From the NCBI GenBank assembly GCA_951406725.2, contig OX597816.1:28334001-28398000 (forward strand): a DNA stretch of 64,000 nt, given 5' to 3'. Shown in pieces: positions 63,439 through 64,000 of this stretch (positions are counted from its first letter, which is position 1; the number at the start of each line of letters is the position of its first letter). Under the pieces are notes generated by a model. The model did no database searches and was not told the origin of the DNA. It saw only the letters and a program-made list of their open reading frames with translations. The DNA comes from Octopus vulgaris (taxonomy: Eukaryota). Both the position numbers and the translations under genes were made by a program.

Positions 63439-64000
63439 TGAGAGAGAGAGAGTGATACTGATTACTTTCACTTGACGAATCAAAAATTTTGACTTCTTTA
63501 TTTACTAAAAGTGTTTCGTTTGAGTTTCTAAATTTTGGTTAAGAGTAAGAAATACTTCATAGCTTCCATAATTTTTATTTAAGCTTTTGTTATAAGTAAA
63601 GAAGATTACATTTATTTTAACGCATCGCTGATAAGTGTAATATTTGTGTTAGTTATATTCCACTTTACCTGGTTTCCAATAACTTTTCGAATTTCGTGAA
63701 TTTTGGGTATGAGAAAACTTTGTTGTGTTTGTTTTCTCACGTTTGCTTTCAGTATTGACCTGACCTAATACACTCATACATTGATTAAAATAACAATGAT
63801 GTCATAAATCGAAATTACTGTAATGATTTTTTTGAGAATTGGTGCAGTATTCTAAGAACGCAATGCCATATTAATGGGAGTCTAATTGGCACTCATCATT
63901 AACTCAGCCGATGTATTTTTTGTTTCTCGGAATTTTCTCACAGTTTTTACAAATGTATGCTTTAGAAATACTATCATTATGAATTTTTAAAAATTACATT

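Overview
AT-rich, microsatellite-saturated eukaryotic non-coding DNA. The SINE families and (TA)n/(TATC)n density look like an octopod cephalopod genome; this is inferred from recalled repeat families and not verified. No host protein-coding exon, tRNA, rRNA or CRISPR array could be supported, and nearly all listed ORFs are microsatellite read-throughs. The window is a transposon graveyard. It holds about 20 copies or fragments of four tRNA-derived SINE families; LINE fragments of CR1, Tx1/L1, R4/Dong, RTE-like and Penelope type; a decayed DD34E Tc1 element; an internally deleted mellifera-type mariner; a Merlin-like MITE carrying (CCCTAA)n; five non-autonomous Helitrons plus a RepHel remnant; and a 15-bp minisatellite. 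The most interesting signal is a set of at least eight short repeats, from several unrelated families, that each carry a hammerhead-ribozyme-like motif. Most are minimal type-I folds with a palindromic stem III; one has a compensatory G3-C8 core and one is a type-III candidate. Two sit in about 350-bp units with terminal redundancy (retrozyme-like), and one complete motif plus a separate half-motif sit inside fold-back inversions (Penelope-like). Second is a young, stop-free Tx1-type LINE end embedded in a (TATC)n tract, suggesting a microsatellite-targeting retrotransposon. Ribozyme folds were read by eye, many copies are visibly decayed, and activity is untested.
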